In this document: piece after piece, positions 18,930 through 29,034 of the stretch | Layout of the letters: the number at the start of each line of letters is the position of its first letter | Numbering within the stretch: the first letter of the stretch is position 1 | Source: an uncultured Anaeromyxobacteraceae bacterium | Lineage (GTDB): Bacteria; Myxococcota_A; UBA9042; DTJE01 | Direction: 5' to 3' | DNA: 64,000 bases | Assembly: GCA_964522105.1 (NCBI GenBank) | Contig: CAZFVA010000008.1 | Location: forward strand, 20,225-84,224 | The notes under the pieces: model-generated | The model's input: only the letters and a program-made list of their open reading frames with translations | The model's database searches: none | What the model was told of the DNA's origin: nothing | Made by a program: the position numbers and the translations under genes

Positions 18930-19298
18930 TTGCACTACCCGAACTTATCCTTGGACGGAAAGTGGCTGAAACGGGGATACCTTTTGGACAACAGGAACAT
19001 CGCGCAAGAAAAAACCTTCGGACACTGCGTAATTTGTGGCACAGAAGGAACAAGCGAACATGACTTCATCTGTTCGGAATGTGGCGATCCTTTATGCGCA
19101 ACGCTGTACTGTTCGAACTGCCACAGACGCCTGAACCTGGACCATGAATCTGCAAAGGCATTTCTTTCCGACTACGGGTATGAAATCGAAGAAGTGGCCG
19201 GTTTAATAATCAAAATCAGCCACTGCGGACACTGCCTGTCACCGGATCAAACTGCCGATCTCGAAATTTACCGCATCCACTTCGACAAGTTGGACTGA
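18930..19298 (+). CDS. Hypothetical Cys-rich small protein (four CxxC pairs; putative zinc ribbon)
   Basis: CVIC, CSEC, CSNC and CGHC. Only a TTG start is available and there is no clear RBS, so this may not be a real gene. Confidence 0.3.
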   Translation: MHYPNLSLDGKWLKRGYLLDNRNIAQEKTFGHCVICGTEGTSEHDFICSECGDPLCATLYCSNCHRRLNLDHESAKAFLSDYGYEIEEVAGLIIKISHCGHCLSPDQTADLEIYRIHFDKLD

Positions 19299-19453
19299 CC
19301 AGGTATTCAACCGGAAAATTTTCAGGGGATTACCATTTGCCGGTCAGATACATGCCCGATTACCGTTCGTTCGGGTTGACACCCTTTGCCTTGGGCCTTA
19401 CATTTCATATCACGGCAATAGGGTCGTGTTTGTACTACCCAAACGGATTTGAA

Positions 19454-19627
19454 ATGGACAAGGAACTTCTTTTCGATAACAGACTTATTAACAGATGGAT
19501 TGCAAAAAAAGCTGTCACCAGCACTGAATATGCGGCTTATCTGGAAAAGCTTCCAGACTGTGCTGACGAAGCTGAAAACATTGAGTCATCAGCCGTTGAC
19601 CACGGCGACAAGGCTGATACCAGATAG
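19454..19627 (+). CDS. Hypothetical small protein (58 aa)
   Basis: ATG-initiated MDKELLFDNRLINRWIAKK... inside a longer TTG ORF (19337). No recognisable family, weak RBS. Confidence 0.2.
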   Translation: MDKELLFDNRLINRWIAKKAVTSTEYAAYLEKLPDCADEAENIESSAVDHGDKADTR

Positions 19628-19670
19628 AACGGCCGATTTCAGGACTTTGTGATTCCAGGGGGTATCATTC

Positions 19671-19988
19671 ATGTCTGAAAGCAAAACATCGTGCGAAGAC
19701 CGACTGAACGAAGGTCTTGGTAATGTCGATTTTTCAACTTTCATCATATCTCTGGGTACGTCAGCCCTGTACCACCTCGGAGCCAATAATCCGGAAGCAC
19801 AGGAAAAGGCGATTGTCAGCCTTCCGATGGCCCGGAACGTTATTGATATTATTGTGATGCTGCGCGAAAAAACTGCGGGCAACCTTACAACAGACGAAAA
19901 CAAACTGCTTAGTGCGCTTCTTTTCGATCTGCGTCTTAAGTACGTTGAAGCATGCGGAAAACAGTCTGCATCAGGGCCGACTGACTGA
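19671..19988 (+). CDS. DUF1844 domain protein
   Basis: FSTFIISLGTSALYHLG...LPMARNVIDIIVMLREKTAGNLT matches the DUF1844 pattern. It sits immediately upstream of trxA, as is common in Deltaproteobacteria. Confidence 0.55.
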   Translation: MSESKTSCEDRLNEGLGNVDFSTFIISLGTSALYHLGANNPEAQEKAIVSLPMARNVIDIIVMLREKTAGNLTTDENKLLSALLFDLRLKYVEACGKQSASGPTD

Positions 19989-20006
19989 ACGCAAAAGGGG
20001 AACGCC

Positions 20007-20342
20007 ATGTCCAGTTCAAAAAACGTCCATGAATTCACTGACGCAAAGTTCAAAGCTGATGTACTTCAAAGTGAACAGCCTGTCCTGATTGACTTCTGGG
20101 CTCCGTGGTGTGGTCCGTGCAGGGCCATTGCGCCGCTGATTGAGCAGATTGCCGACGAATACGCCGGGCGCATCAAGGTTGGAAAAATCAACGTAGACAG
20201 CAATGTAGGCGTTGCAACCAATTATGCGGTCACCGCCATTCCCACGCTTCTTTTCATAAAGAAGGGGCAGGTAGTGGACCAGTTAGTCGGCGCCGCAGAC
20301 AAAGGAAAGATCACGGCCCGACTTGACAAACTGCTTGCGTAA
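20007..20342 (+). CDS. trxA: Thioredoxin
   Basis: WAPWCGPCR active site, 111 aa. Confidence 0.9.
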   Translation: MSSSKNVHEFTDAKFKADVLQSEQPVLIDFWAPWCGPCRAIAPLIEQIADEYAGRIKVGKINVDSNVGVATNYAVTAIPTLLFIKKGQVVDQLVGAADKGKITARLDKLLA

Positions 20343-20349
20343 CGCGGCC

Positions 20350-21333
20350 TTACCGCCGATGAAGCCAGCCCGTATCTGATTCAGTCTGAACACGCAGACC
20401 ATTGCTGAAAAGTGCCACACCCTGCCCCGCAGAGATACTACCGACACAATGCAGACCGGCTTCGACCATAAGCACGTGCGAACTGGCCGGCGCTACAAGA
20501 ATCAACTGATAGTCGTCGCCACCGTACAGCGCCGCCGGCATCAAGTCCGTCCGACCGGCTGCCAGGCAGAACGCGCGGGCTTCATCGCTGATTGGAATCA
20601 GATTAATGTCAACGTTTGCCATGACGCCGGAATCGGCAGAAATATGTTCCAGATCGGCGACAAAGCCATCGGAAATATCAATGACTGCGTGAACATCAGC
20701 GCGACCGATAATGTCCGTCAAATCAAGGCGTGGCAATGGGCGCCGAAACGACGCAACCAGGCGCGGGAAGTCCAGTTCCATCGACCGGTTTTCCAGCAGA
20801 AGCCGCAGTCCCAGTGCCCCGTCCCCGACAAAGCCGCTGACCCAGATTTCATCGCCTGCGACGGCCATATTTCTGCAGGGAACAGGCATGACAACCTGCT
20901 CGCCGACAGCAGTAATCGAGATGACCAGAGGGCCGGGGGTGCGCGTGATATTTCCACCAACGACAGGCACATGGAACTGCGCCGATGCCACGGCAATTCC
21001 TTCGGCTATCTTGCACAAAAACGTATCTTCCATTGAATCGGGAACGACCAGCGACACCAGCAGACCGACAGGTCGCGCGGCCATCGCGGCAAGATCTGAC
21101 AGATTCACGGCGATCGACCGGTATCCGGCATCGGCAGGTGAACAGATATCAAAAGAAAAGTGCACGCCATCGACAAGCGCGTCTGTCGTAATTGTGGCAA
21201 GACCGCCCGCGACCCGAACAACTGCAGCATCATCGCCATTTGGAATAACGATGCCGTCTTCTGCGAAACGGCCTGCGATGCCGGCCCCGTCAAAAATCCG
21301 ACGAAGTTCTGCTATCAGGGCAAATTCGTTCAA
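20350..21333 (-). CDS. thiL: Thiamine-monophosphate kinase
   Basis: EFALIAELRRIF...GDDAAV N-terminus, AIR synthase-related PurM-like fold, 327 aa. Confidence 0.8.
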   Translation of the reverse strand: MNEFALIAELRRIFDGAGIAGRFAEDGIVIPNGDDAAVVRVAGGLATITTDALVDGVHFSFDICSPADAGYRSIAVNLSDLAAMAARPVGLLVSLVVPDSMEDTFLCKIAEGIAVASAQFHVPVVGGNITRTPGPLVISITAVGEQVVMPVPCRNMAVAGDEIWVSGFVGDGALGLRLLLENRSMELDFPRLVASFRRPLPRLDLTDIIGRADVHAVIDISDGFVADLEHISADSGVMANVDINLIPISDEARAFCLAAGRTDLMPAALYGGDDYQLILVAPASSHVLMVEAGLHCVGSISAGQGVALFSNGLRVQTESDTGWLHRR

Positions 21334-21336
21334 CTG

Positions 21337-22554
21337 TCACTCCGCCCCGCCCGAGCCCTCTGGATTTCTTTGATCATCAAGATACTCAATGCCACGACCG
21401 GATATGCGACATCCTTTGATTCTTTGACCGGAAAGGCGTTCGCCGTCCCAGCTTAAAGTACCGGTCCGACCGGGGATGACCGACTTGACAGGAAATACCC
21501 AGCCGGTCGAGGCATGACTTTCGATTATGCGCATGGCAGCAAACGCCGCAACCGAAACGAAATCGTCAAGTTCAGCCACAAAAAGGTCATTTGCACCTTT
21601 TTGAAACACGTCATCTACGTCCAGGTCCACAAAAACCAGGCCGTTCAATGAAGCTCCGCCCTGGGCAGCCAGGCCCGGGTCATCAAACAACCGTGTACCT
21701 GTAACGGTAACGTTGACCGCTTCAAAATAGCCGGCGAAACGAAGGTATTCAACAAGGCGCCTGGCCTCGTTATTATCAACAATCAGGTGAAGGATCTCGT
21801 TTCTGCACTTCCTGAGCTCGCGATACTGTTTCGCAAACGCTGAAACTTCGTCGGCAAAACTGACTTCTTCTTCCCCGGACGCCGGCAGAGCACGACTGCC
21901 CATCAGACGGATCCCGGCCGCGTCCGTGGCAGCCTTGAAGGCGGCCAGTTCAGCTTCCCCAAACTGGTCGTCGCGCCGAACAACAAAGGCACAATCAACC
22001 GGCGAAGAAGCGTTGACCACTGAAACAAGCGATTCGGCAAGGCGCCTGCGCGAAACGGTCGTCTGAACAACCTTGAAGGCGGCAAGATCGCTGCGTCCCA
22101 TCGTCACAAGGCTTATGTTTGCCCGGTCGGCTGCCGAAGCCATCGAATAGGACTCACGATCCCCTATTCCACCGACCATCAGGGCCGCCCCGACGCGCAC
22201 AGCCATATCTACAGACTTTTCAGCACCTGCGACCGTGCCCCCGGTATCAAAAACCACCAACTTCAGCCCGTCCAGCTTCGACAGCGATCCCTGCATCGCA
22301 GCCTTTACCTTTTCCCCAAGCCAGGCGCGGGGCCCACTGAGCGGAAGTGCAAGGGCGATCACCGGGAATTCCGACGAACCATCACACGAGTCACCGACAC
22401 AAATGTCTACGGAAGCATCGGCGGGCTCAAGAACATCGCGGTCGTCTGCTGTGGCGGCCTGACCTGCCAACGCCAGCGTAAAAAAAGACAGCCCGACAAA
22501 AACTGACAAAAAATGATGGGTATATTGGCTTGCAGCCCTGACAGGGGCGGTCAT
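21337..22554 (-). CDS. LppC/LpoA-like (PBP1-fold) periplasmic protein; putative penicillin-binding-protein activator family
   Basis: Signal peptide followed by IALALPLSGPRAWLGEKVKAAMQG (LppC LPLSG motif) and a type-I periplasmic-binding fold. Confidence 0.45.
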   Translation of the reverse strand: MTAPVRAASQYTHHFLSVFVGLSFFTLALAGQAATADDRDVLEPADASVDICVGDSCDGSSEFPVIALALPLSGPRAWLGEKVKAAMQGSLSKLDGLKLVVFDTGGTVAGAEKSVDMAVRVGAALMVGGIGDRESYSMASAADRANISLVTMGRSDLAAFKVVQTTVSRRRLAESLVSVVNASSPVDCAFVVRRDDQFGEAELAAFKAATDAAGIRLMGSRALPASGEEEVSFADEVSAFAKQYRELRKCRNEILHLIVDNNEARRLVEYLRFAGYFEAVNVTVTGTRLFDDPGLAAQGGASLNGLVFVDLDVDDVFQKGANDLFVAELDDFVSVAAFAAMRIIESHASTGWVFPVKSVIPGRTGTLSWDGERLSGQRIKGCRISGRGIEYLDDQRNPEGSGGAE

Positions 22555-22575
22555 ATCACCCCTCCGAACGTGGAA

Positions 22576-24387
22576 TTACCCGTTCGAATCGCGGTACATA
22601 AGTTCCGCAATTCGATACGAAGACTTTTCAAGATTCTTGATAGCCTGAATGATGGTGGCCGGATCAGTCCCGGATCTGGCCCTGCGACAGTTTTCAAGGT
22701 CTGAATTGATTGCCGCAACTTCGTCGTCTGTAAGGTAGTTCAGGAACTCTTCCAGCGAACGTTCGGTCGTGTACATCAGGCCATCTGCCCTGTTCTTCAG
22801 ATTGGCGACTTCCTGACGTTTTTCATCTTCGCGGACACGGTCGTCGGCCTCGCCAACTATGCGTTCGATATCGCGTTCGCTGAGCCCTGATGTGGGCCGC
22901 ACACGCACTGTCTGAAGATTACCGGTTCCAAGGTCCCTGGCCGAAACACTCAGGATACCGTTGACGTCAACTTCGAACGACACTTCGACCTTCGGAATAC
23001 CCCTTCGCGCCGGGGGGATACCGATCAGTTCGAACCTGGCAAGCGACTTGTTGTCCCTGGCCATCGGGCGTTCACCCTGAAGAACATGGATATTAACCAT
23101 CGGCTGATAATCTTCAGCCGTGGTGAAAACTTCGTTCGTGGAACACGGAATAGCCGTGTTGCGGTCAATCAGCTTCGTGAACATGCCACCCTGGGTCTCG
23201 ATTCCCAGCGACAGCGGAACAACGTCAAGCAGGACGACGTCACCGACATCACCCTGAATAATCCCGGCCTGAATCGCGGCACCGACGGCGACCGCTTCAT
23301 CTGGATTAACGTTGCGGCTGGCCTGTGTACCAAAGAAACTTGTGACCTTCTGCTGAACCATCGGCATCTTGGTCATTCCGCCGACCAGCAGAACTTCGTC
23401 AAGATCCGAAGCCTTCATACCTGCATCGGCAAGAGCCTGCTTGCAATGGTCCAGAGTACGGTCTATCAGGTCTTCTACCAGCCCTTCAAGCTGCGACCGC
23501 GTAAGTCTGACCTGTAGATGCTTGGGACCGCTGTCATCGGCAAATATGAACGGAAGATTGATATCGACTTCACGGGAAGCCGACAGGTCTATCTTGGCCT
23601 TTTCAGCGGCATCGCGAAGTCTTTGAAGTGCAACAACGTCGTGCCGCAGGTCAACTCCGTGAATCCGCTCGAATTCCCCGGCCAGCATATCGACAATTCT
23701 TCCATCGACATCTTCACCGCCCAGGAACGTGTCACCGTGAGTCGTGCGAACCTGGAAAACACCGTCCCCAAGTTCCATGATCGAAATATCAAACGTGCCG
23801 CCGCCAAGGTCATAAACGGCCACGCGCCCGCTCGACCTTTTGGAAAGCCCGTAAGCCAGGGCAGCCGCTGTCGGTTCGTTAACTATTCGCTTTACATCAA
23901 GCCCTGCAATCCTTCCGGCATCGCGGGTGGCCTGGCGCTGTGCATCATCAAAATATGCAGGAACGGTGATTACGGCCTCGGTAACGGTCTCGCCAAGATA
24001 CTCCTCGGCAAACTCTTTCATGCGCTTGAGGATTACTGCCGACAGCTCGGGTGGCGAATACTTTCTGCCCGCGACGTTTACGGCCGCGTCGCCGTTCTGA
24101 GCCTTAACTATCTCGTACGGGTATGAATTCAATATGCGCTGGACTTCGGGGGAGTCGAATTTGCGCCCCATCATCCTTTTGATAGCGAACACGGTGTTAC
24201 GGGCGTTTGTGATTGCCTGTCTTTTTGCAACAGCACCGACTAAACGTTCGCCTTCATCAGTGAACGCCACTACTGATGGCGTAATCCTGCTTCCTTCCAG
24301 ATTCGGAATGACGACGGGGTTTCCGGCCTCAATGACCGCCACGCAACTGTTCGTGGTCCCCAGGTCAATACCGATTACCCTGCCCAT
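22576..24387 (-). CDS. Hsp70 family chaperone (DnaK-like), not linked to grpE/dnaJ
   Basis: [26 protein letters not shown] and a complete substrate-binding domain. ATG at 24387. Confidence 0.9.
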   Translation of the reverse strand: MGRVIGIDLGTTNSCVAVIEAGNPVVIPNLEGSRITPSVVAFTDEGERLVGAVAKRQAITNARNTVFAIKRMMGRKFDSPEVQRILNSYPYEIVKAQNGDAAVNVAGRKYSPPELSAVILKRMKEFAEEYLGETVTEAVITVPAYFDDAQRQATRDAGRIAGLDVKRIVNEPTAAALAYGLSKRSSGRVAVYDLGGGTFDISIMELGDGVFQVRTTHGDTFLGGEDVDGRIVDMLAGEFERIHGVDLRHDVVALQRLRDAAEKAKIDLSASREVDINLPFIFADDSGPKHLQVRLTRSQLEGLVEDLIDRTLDHCKQALADAGMKASDLDEVLLVGGMTKMPMVQQKVTSFFGTQASRNVNPDEAVAVGAAIQAGIIQGDVGDVVLLDVVPLSLGIETQGGMFTKLIDRNTAIPCSTNEVFTTAEDYQPMVNIHVLQGERPMARDNKSLARFELIGIPPARRGIPKVEVSFEVDVNGILSVSARDLGTGNLQTVRVRPTSGLSERDIERIVGEADDRVREDEKRQEVANLKNRADGLMYTTERSLEEFLNYLTDDEVAAINSDLENCRRARSGTDPATIIQAIKNLEKSSYRIAELMYRDSNG

Positions 24388-24569
24388 ATGGCGCTTCCCT
24401 CCAGCCCGGCGGCGTCCTGTGCAGGACAACCAATCATAAGAGTCACTATGCTAACACTGCCGGGCAGATTACTCAACCAGCATAACAACACGATTTGAAC
24501 CCTGAAAGGCTGTGATGTGCAACGAAAAACGTGAAAGTCACAGGATAATTAACAGATTAGACGGGGGAC

Positions 24570-25169
24570 CTATAAAATTGATTCAGGTACAAAAACAATA
24601 TCACCGGGACGCAAATAGAAATTCTTGGCTTTTCCAAGGCTTATCTGATCAACGGGAACTACAAATCTAGTCTCGGTACCACCGACCGTTCTGGTAACAA
24701 CCGTTGCGTCCGGACGGGCAATTCTGGAAAACCCGCCAGCAAGCGTAATCACCTGAATAATCGTCATCTGATCCTGATAGCGGAAAGTACCCGGCTTCGT
24801 AACCTGCCCCAGAACGTACACCCGCTTACTCATCATTTCTGTGACCAGAACGGTAACCCACGGATCTTTGATAAGTCCGCCGGCAAGGCGCCTGCTGATC
24901 TCATCAGATATCTCGGCAGAAGTCTTTCCATCAACATTTACTTCGCCAAGAAGCGGATAAGAAATAGTCCCTTTGCCAGATACCTGAAACGTGCCGCTCA
25001 GATCCTTTTCGCGATAGACCCGTACCTCGATTACATCACCGGGCCCCAGAGAGTCGGAAGGGCTGATTTCAGCCGGTCCGGCAGATTCCACATAAGCGAC
25101 GGAAGGGGCGCAACCGCCGACCAGCAGAACCAGAACAAGGCTGATTAAAGGGTATATAAAATGCAGCAT
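24570..25169 (-). CDS. Short Wza-like outer-membrane polysaccharide export (OPX) lipoprotein lacking the C-terminal OM helix
   Basis: Lipobox LVGGC, a Poly_export domain (LGPGDVIEVRVY...GEVNVDGKT) and one SLBB domain. At 199 aa it has no Wza-type C-terminal amphipathic helix. Confidence 0.7.
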   Translation of the reverse strand: MLHFIYPLISLVLVLLVGGCAPSVAYVESAGPAEISPSDSLGPGDVIEVRVYREKDLSGTFQVSGKGTISYPLLGEVNVDGKTSAEISDEISRRLAGGLIKDPWVTVLVTEMMSKRVYVLGQVTKPGTFRYQDQMTIIQVITLAGGFSRIARPDATVVTRTVGGTETRFVVPVDQISLGKAKNFYLRPGDIVFVPESIL

Positions 25170-25170
25170 A

Positions 25171-26451
25171 TCAGTACATCACGCGGAACTCGCCCATAAG
25201 CTTATGAGCCATATACTTTCCGTATTCAATCTGCTCGCTGTCAGCACCCCACCGCATCGTTGAGGTGAAATCCGTAAGTGACGACTCGAAATCGTAGCGG
25301 ACACGGAAATCCAGGTAACGCAGTATCTGAATATCAACAGCCATCCCGGCACTCAGCATGTGGTCGCGCCGCTCTGCCTGGGAAACAACGATGTCAGTAT
25401 AGCCACGGGCTGCAATTTCGGCGGCTGACGGGGAATATCCTGCGTACATCAGGTAGGCATACTTCATGAACACCGAAAGTCCGTATCTGTTTTTGAATTT
25501 CACGTCCAGTTTCAGATGAACCGAGTCGGCCGTGTACCATCTTGCGTAATACGAATCAGTGAAATCCCTGTCGTACCCGAGCTCCACAAGAAGGTTAGTA
25601 AAGGGCTTATAAGCAAAACTGAGTTCACCTATAAACGTCTGGACATCAGTTCCCTGCTTGAAGAAACCCTGACCGTAACCGGCCATGAAGGACATCGCCA
25701 GTTTTCTGGTGACATAGCCGCGGACGCCAACTTTGGCACGCAGGGGCATCGAATCTGCCCTGACGCCCACAACATTGGTGGCCCAGTACGAATACCGCCA
25801 GTCAACATCAACGACGAACGATGTGCTCGGGAAGAAGTTCCACAGCAACAGGAATCTGGTCGAATGATAGAACTGATCCAGTTCAGCATGACTGTCGAAC
25901 ATGTTCAGTCCAAAGGAATACGCCAGATCCAGGTCCAGCGCACCGCCCGGTCTGAACTGAACGCCGACGGCAGCTACGTTGACGTTGCGGTCATAGGTGT
26001 CAGATGTCGAATAGTTGGTCGGCTGGGTCAGACGCTTGTAATCGTCGGCAACATACAGACCGACAAGTGATTTCGGCAGAAAATCGGCCCGAAGCCCCGT
26101 GGCCGCGATGATAAGGCCCTGATTCTTGACCGCCTTCGAGTCAGCGAACCAGATATTGAAACCGACCTGGGCGTCCCATGTAAGCCTGACCCAGGACGGG
26201 TTCGGATTCTTCAGCGAGAAACCGGGGGTAAATACCAGTTTGGCACCCCATTCCGGGATTTCCTCGGACGACTCGCGGAACACGTTCGAATCGTATCCGC
26301 CCTGAATGCTGAGGCGCGGCACAAACACAAAACTTCCGAACCGTACACCGCGCACGTCGTCATATATTTCGGGCTTAACGGACACGCCAACGTCGGCATG
26401 GGCCGCACCCGGAATCGCGACAGCCAGCATGACTGCCACGATCGCGAACAT
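25171..26451 (-). CDS. Predicted outer-membrane beta-barrel protein (candidate OPX-partner porin)
   Basis: Signal peptide MFAIVAVMLAVAIPGAAHA, alternating amphipathic Y/G-rich beta-strands, and a C-terminal aromatic residue (…EFRVMY). Confidence 0.5.
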   Translation of the reverse strand: MFAIVAVMLAVAIPGAAHADVGVSVKPEIYDDVRGVRFGSFVFVPRLSIQGGYDSNVFRESSEEIPEWGAKLVFTPGFSLKNPNPSWVRLTWDAQVGFNIWFADSKAVKNQGLIIAATGLRADFLPKSLVGLYVADDYKRLTQPTNYSTSDTYDRNVNVAAVGVQFRPGGALDLDLAYSFGLNMFDSHAELDQFYHSTRFLLLWNFFPSTSFVVDVDWRYSYWATNVVGVRADSMPLRAKVGVRGYVTRKLAMSFMAGYGQGFFKQGTDVQTFIGELSFAYKPFTNLLVELGYDRDFTDSYYARWYTADSVHLKLDVKFKNRYGLSVFMKYAYLMYAGYSPSAAEIAARGYTDIVVSQAERRDHMLSAGMAVDIQILRYLDFRVRYDFESSLTDFTSTMRWGADSEQIEYGKYMAHKLMGEFRVMY

Positions 26452-26525
26452 CAGATTTTTATGAGGTCTGCCCAAAGCGCCCCCCACGAAAACAGAACTG
26501 CGTCTTCGCGACGCATCGCAAAAAT

Positions 26526-27095
26526 TCAGTTGAACGGACTGGCCGACGGCGGCGGCTCAAGATTGCACGGCATTGCCTGGCAGAAATCTGTCAGACCGCT
26601 GGTCGTGTAATCACTTGGAAGTCCGCTGTCGAACAACGGCTCCACCACAGGTTCACCGGAAAACAGTGTTTCTGTTTCAGTCCCCCCGCAAGCTTTAATC
26701 GAGTTCATCAAAGTCAGAACCCTGCCGTTAGCAATTGATATCTTCACAAACTCATGTTCGGCACCTGCCCGATCCTGGCCTATAACTCTTTCACTTAAAG
26801 CCACAGCATTATTATCCGATACCCTCAGCAGCCCCTTGATTCCTTCCAGATTAGTTTCGATACATTTCATCTTTTCTAAATCATTCTGGGTTCTGGCGGT
26901 TGATAAGGCTTCAAGGGCCTGGCGCACAAAGTCGTTCATCTCGGCAATCTTGGCTTTTCCCTGGGCAAGAAATTGATTGAGGGGCATGTTCTTCAACACA
27001 GCCGGATCAAGTTCCGCGGGCGATTCAGCAGCCGAGGCACTGAAACCGCTTAACATGATTACGAAAACCGCAATTATGGCAGATAACCTTTTCAT
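26526..27095 (-). CDS. Secreted hypothetical protein
   Basis: Signal peptide MKRLSAIIAVFVIMLSGFSASA followed by a helical region. No family recognised. Confidence 0.4.
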   Translation of the reverse strand: MKRLSAIIAVFVIMLSGFSASAAESPAELDPAVLKNMPLNQFLAQGKAKIAEMNDFVRQALEALSTARTQNDLEKMKCIETNLEGIKGLLRVSDNNAVALSERVIGQDRAGAEHEFVKISIANGRVLTLMNSIKACGGTETETLFSGEPVVEPLFDSGLPSDYTTSGLTDFCQAMPCNLEPPPSASPFN

Positions 27096-27141
27096 ACCGA
27101 CCTCCCTTTCAGCCCCGGGGAACCAGAAGAACACGCAAAAA

Positions 27142-28584
27142 CTAACCGCCCTTAAGCAACATGAAATGCCTGGTGACCATAACTATACCACCATCAGGCG
27201 GCGGGAAAGGCCAACGCTTGACCTTCGAAATAATGCACTGCCCGATTCCGCTGTCCCCGGTCTCGTTTTCTGTCACACTGGCCTGCGTAACAGTACCGGC
27301 TGATCCGATCGTGAAAGTAATGCTGACTTTACCCTCTACTGACGGGTTTACCTTAAGAGCCTTCTCGTAACAAGTGGTAATGGCCCCGCGGCGCCGTCTG
27401 AACACACTTTCGATGGATGCCGGATTAAGCTTGCCTGGACCGGCAGATTCGCCAAGACGACCACCAATCCTTATCTTGACCGCAGCTTCTGCGACACGTT
27501 CGGTCGCCTCGATCTTCTTTGTGGCAATAGCCTTGTTTGTACCTTTCACATCAGCCGCTGAAAGCTTCTGATAGGTATTTCCACCACCGCCACCGCCTGC
27601 ACCGCCCCGCCCGGCCGCGCCACCGCGATAACCGAACGCGTCGTCCGCGATAATGGTGCCGCCGCCGCTGCCGGATGAAGCAAACGCGCCTTCCATATCA
27701 TTGTCAGCCGCTTCAGCACCGATCATGCCGCGAACGCCGCCGGCACCACCGAGATACTTCAGGATTGTGCCTTCGCGAACCTTTGCGACCTGTCTGCGAT
27801 ATTCAGCAGCCTTGTCAACCGGTCCGGACGCAGCTTTCGTAAACTTCTTCGCCGGCTTGATGTCTTCCTCGATCTGAACTTCGCCGCCGCCCTTGTCGTC
27901 CGCGTCACCCTCGCCTTCGCCCTCGAGGGCCGCCTCATCAAGTTCGGGTGTTTTTTCCTTCAGAACGACCTCGGACTTCAACACACGGTAAACAATAGAC
28001 TTTTCAGCCTGATCAGCTTCATACTGACCTGAAGCATGCCACCAGTAACGTGCGCCACCCACACCAGCAATATTAACGATCATGCTGAAAACAAGGGCCC
28101 ACATGAACGGCCCTTCAAACGCCTTCAGCGGGCCACCCCTGGCGGCCGACGGCAGAGGCATCTTCTTCGGGGGCGGCGGCGGGCTCACCATCTGGAAAAG
28201 CAGTCTGACTTCGCCAAACGTAACTTTACCCGCGTCATTCATTCCGACTGGAAGCAGAAAGTGGTTACCTTCATTCCTGGCAAGGCCCTGTTCACGAATC
28301 TCGTCAAAGGTAAGAATCTTGCCATTAACCGATGTTTTTCCGGTCATTCCCTTGGTGAAGCGAAGACTGTACTTGCCATCCTTGAAAGCAAAAAGAGTAT
28401 AAGATTCCGGCGGTTTAGATATCGGAAGAATCAGCGTGTTTTTGGGATTCAGCCCGACGGTGACGTCGGCGCCGAATTTCACCAGTTTTTCCTCGATGAT
28501 TCGCGACTGGTGAACCAGACCAACCCTCAGAATTCTGTCGTCCGCGCTGATGTTTTTCTTATTCCTGGCCATCCTGTCCGCCAA
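27142..28584 (-). CDS. FHA-like/TM/Gly-rich/TonB-C domain protein (GltG/PglI- or AgmX-like)
   Basis: N-terminal FHA-like beta domain, a PPPPP linker, one TM helix (FMWALVFSMIVNIAGVGG), an acidic Gly-rich spacer, and a C-terminal TonB-C-like domain (EGKVSITFTIGSAGTV...KRWPFPPP). Confidence 0.55.
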   Translation of the reverse strand: MADRMARNKKNISADDRILRVGLVHQSRIIEEKLVKFGADVTVGLNPKNTLILPISKPPESYTLFAFKDGKYSLRFTKGMTGKTSVNGKILTFDEIREQGLARNEGNHFLLPVGMNDAGKVTFGEVRLLFQMVSPPPPPKKMPLPSAARGGPLKAFEGPFMWALVFSMIVNIAGVGGARYWWHASGQYEADQAEKSIVYRVLKSEVVLKEKTPELDEAALEGEGEGDADDKGGGEVQIEEDIKPAKKFTKAASGPVDKAAEYRRQVAKVREGTILKYLGGAGGVRGMIGAEAADNDMEGAFASSGSGGGTIIADDAFGYRGGAAGRGGAGGGGGGNTYQKLSAADVKGTNKAIATKKIEATERVAEAAVKIRIGGRLGESAGPGKLNPASIESVFRRRRGAITTCYEKALKVNPSVEGKVSITFTIGSAGTVTQASVTENETGDSGIGQCIISKVKRWPFPPPDGGIVMVTRHFMLLKGG

Positions 28585-28627
28585 TCAAATATTACCGTGA
28601 GCCATTACTACAGGCCCACATACTCAA

Positions 28628-28957
28628 TTAAAAGGGGTTGCCGTCCACCGAGGACTTCAACTCTTCAACGATGTTCCTGTCGAGCGGGAGGCTCACATAA
28701 TTAGTTTCACCCTGCGAGATTAGATAATCAACGCCTGGTTTTTGAACCTTGCCGTAAACTTTTTCTTCGTCGAAAGTAATTTCAACGACTTTCTTGGAAT
28801 CAGAACCGATCCATTCCCTTGTCTTCGCCGTACCGACCTTTTCCTGTGGCTTGTCAGCCACCGGAGCGGGCTCCTGAGCCATCGAAACCTGCGAACAGAT
28901 TAAGACCAAGCCAGCCATTCCAGCAAATCTAATCTTAACTGCGAGGTCCCTTATCAT
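28628..28957 (-). CDS. Small secreted protein (GltF-like position)
   Basis: MIRDLAVKIRFAGMAGLVLICSQVSMA signal peptide, GGAG RBS, ~109 aa. Confidence 0.4.
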   Translation of the reverse strand: MIRDLAVKIRFAGMAGLVLICSQVSMAQEPAPVADKPQEKVGTAKTREWIGSDSKKVVEITFDEEKVYGKVQKPGVDYLISQGETNYVSLPLDRNIVEELKSSVDGNPF

Positions 28958-29034
28958 CGTCCGGACTCCGTTCATTCCCGAATTATCCATCACCGGGGCT
29001 GACATTGCCAATCAGCCGACCCATTTTTGCACCG

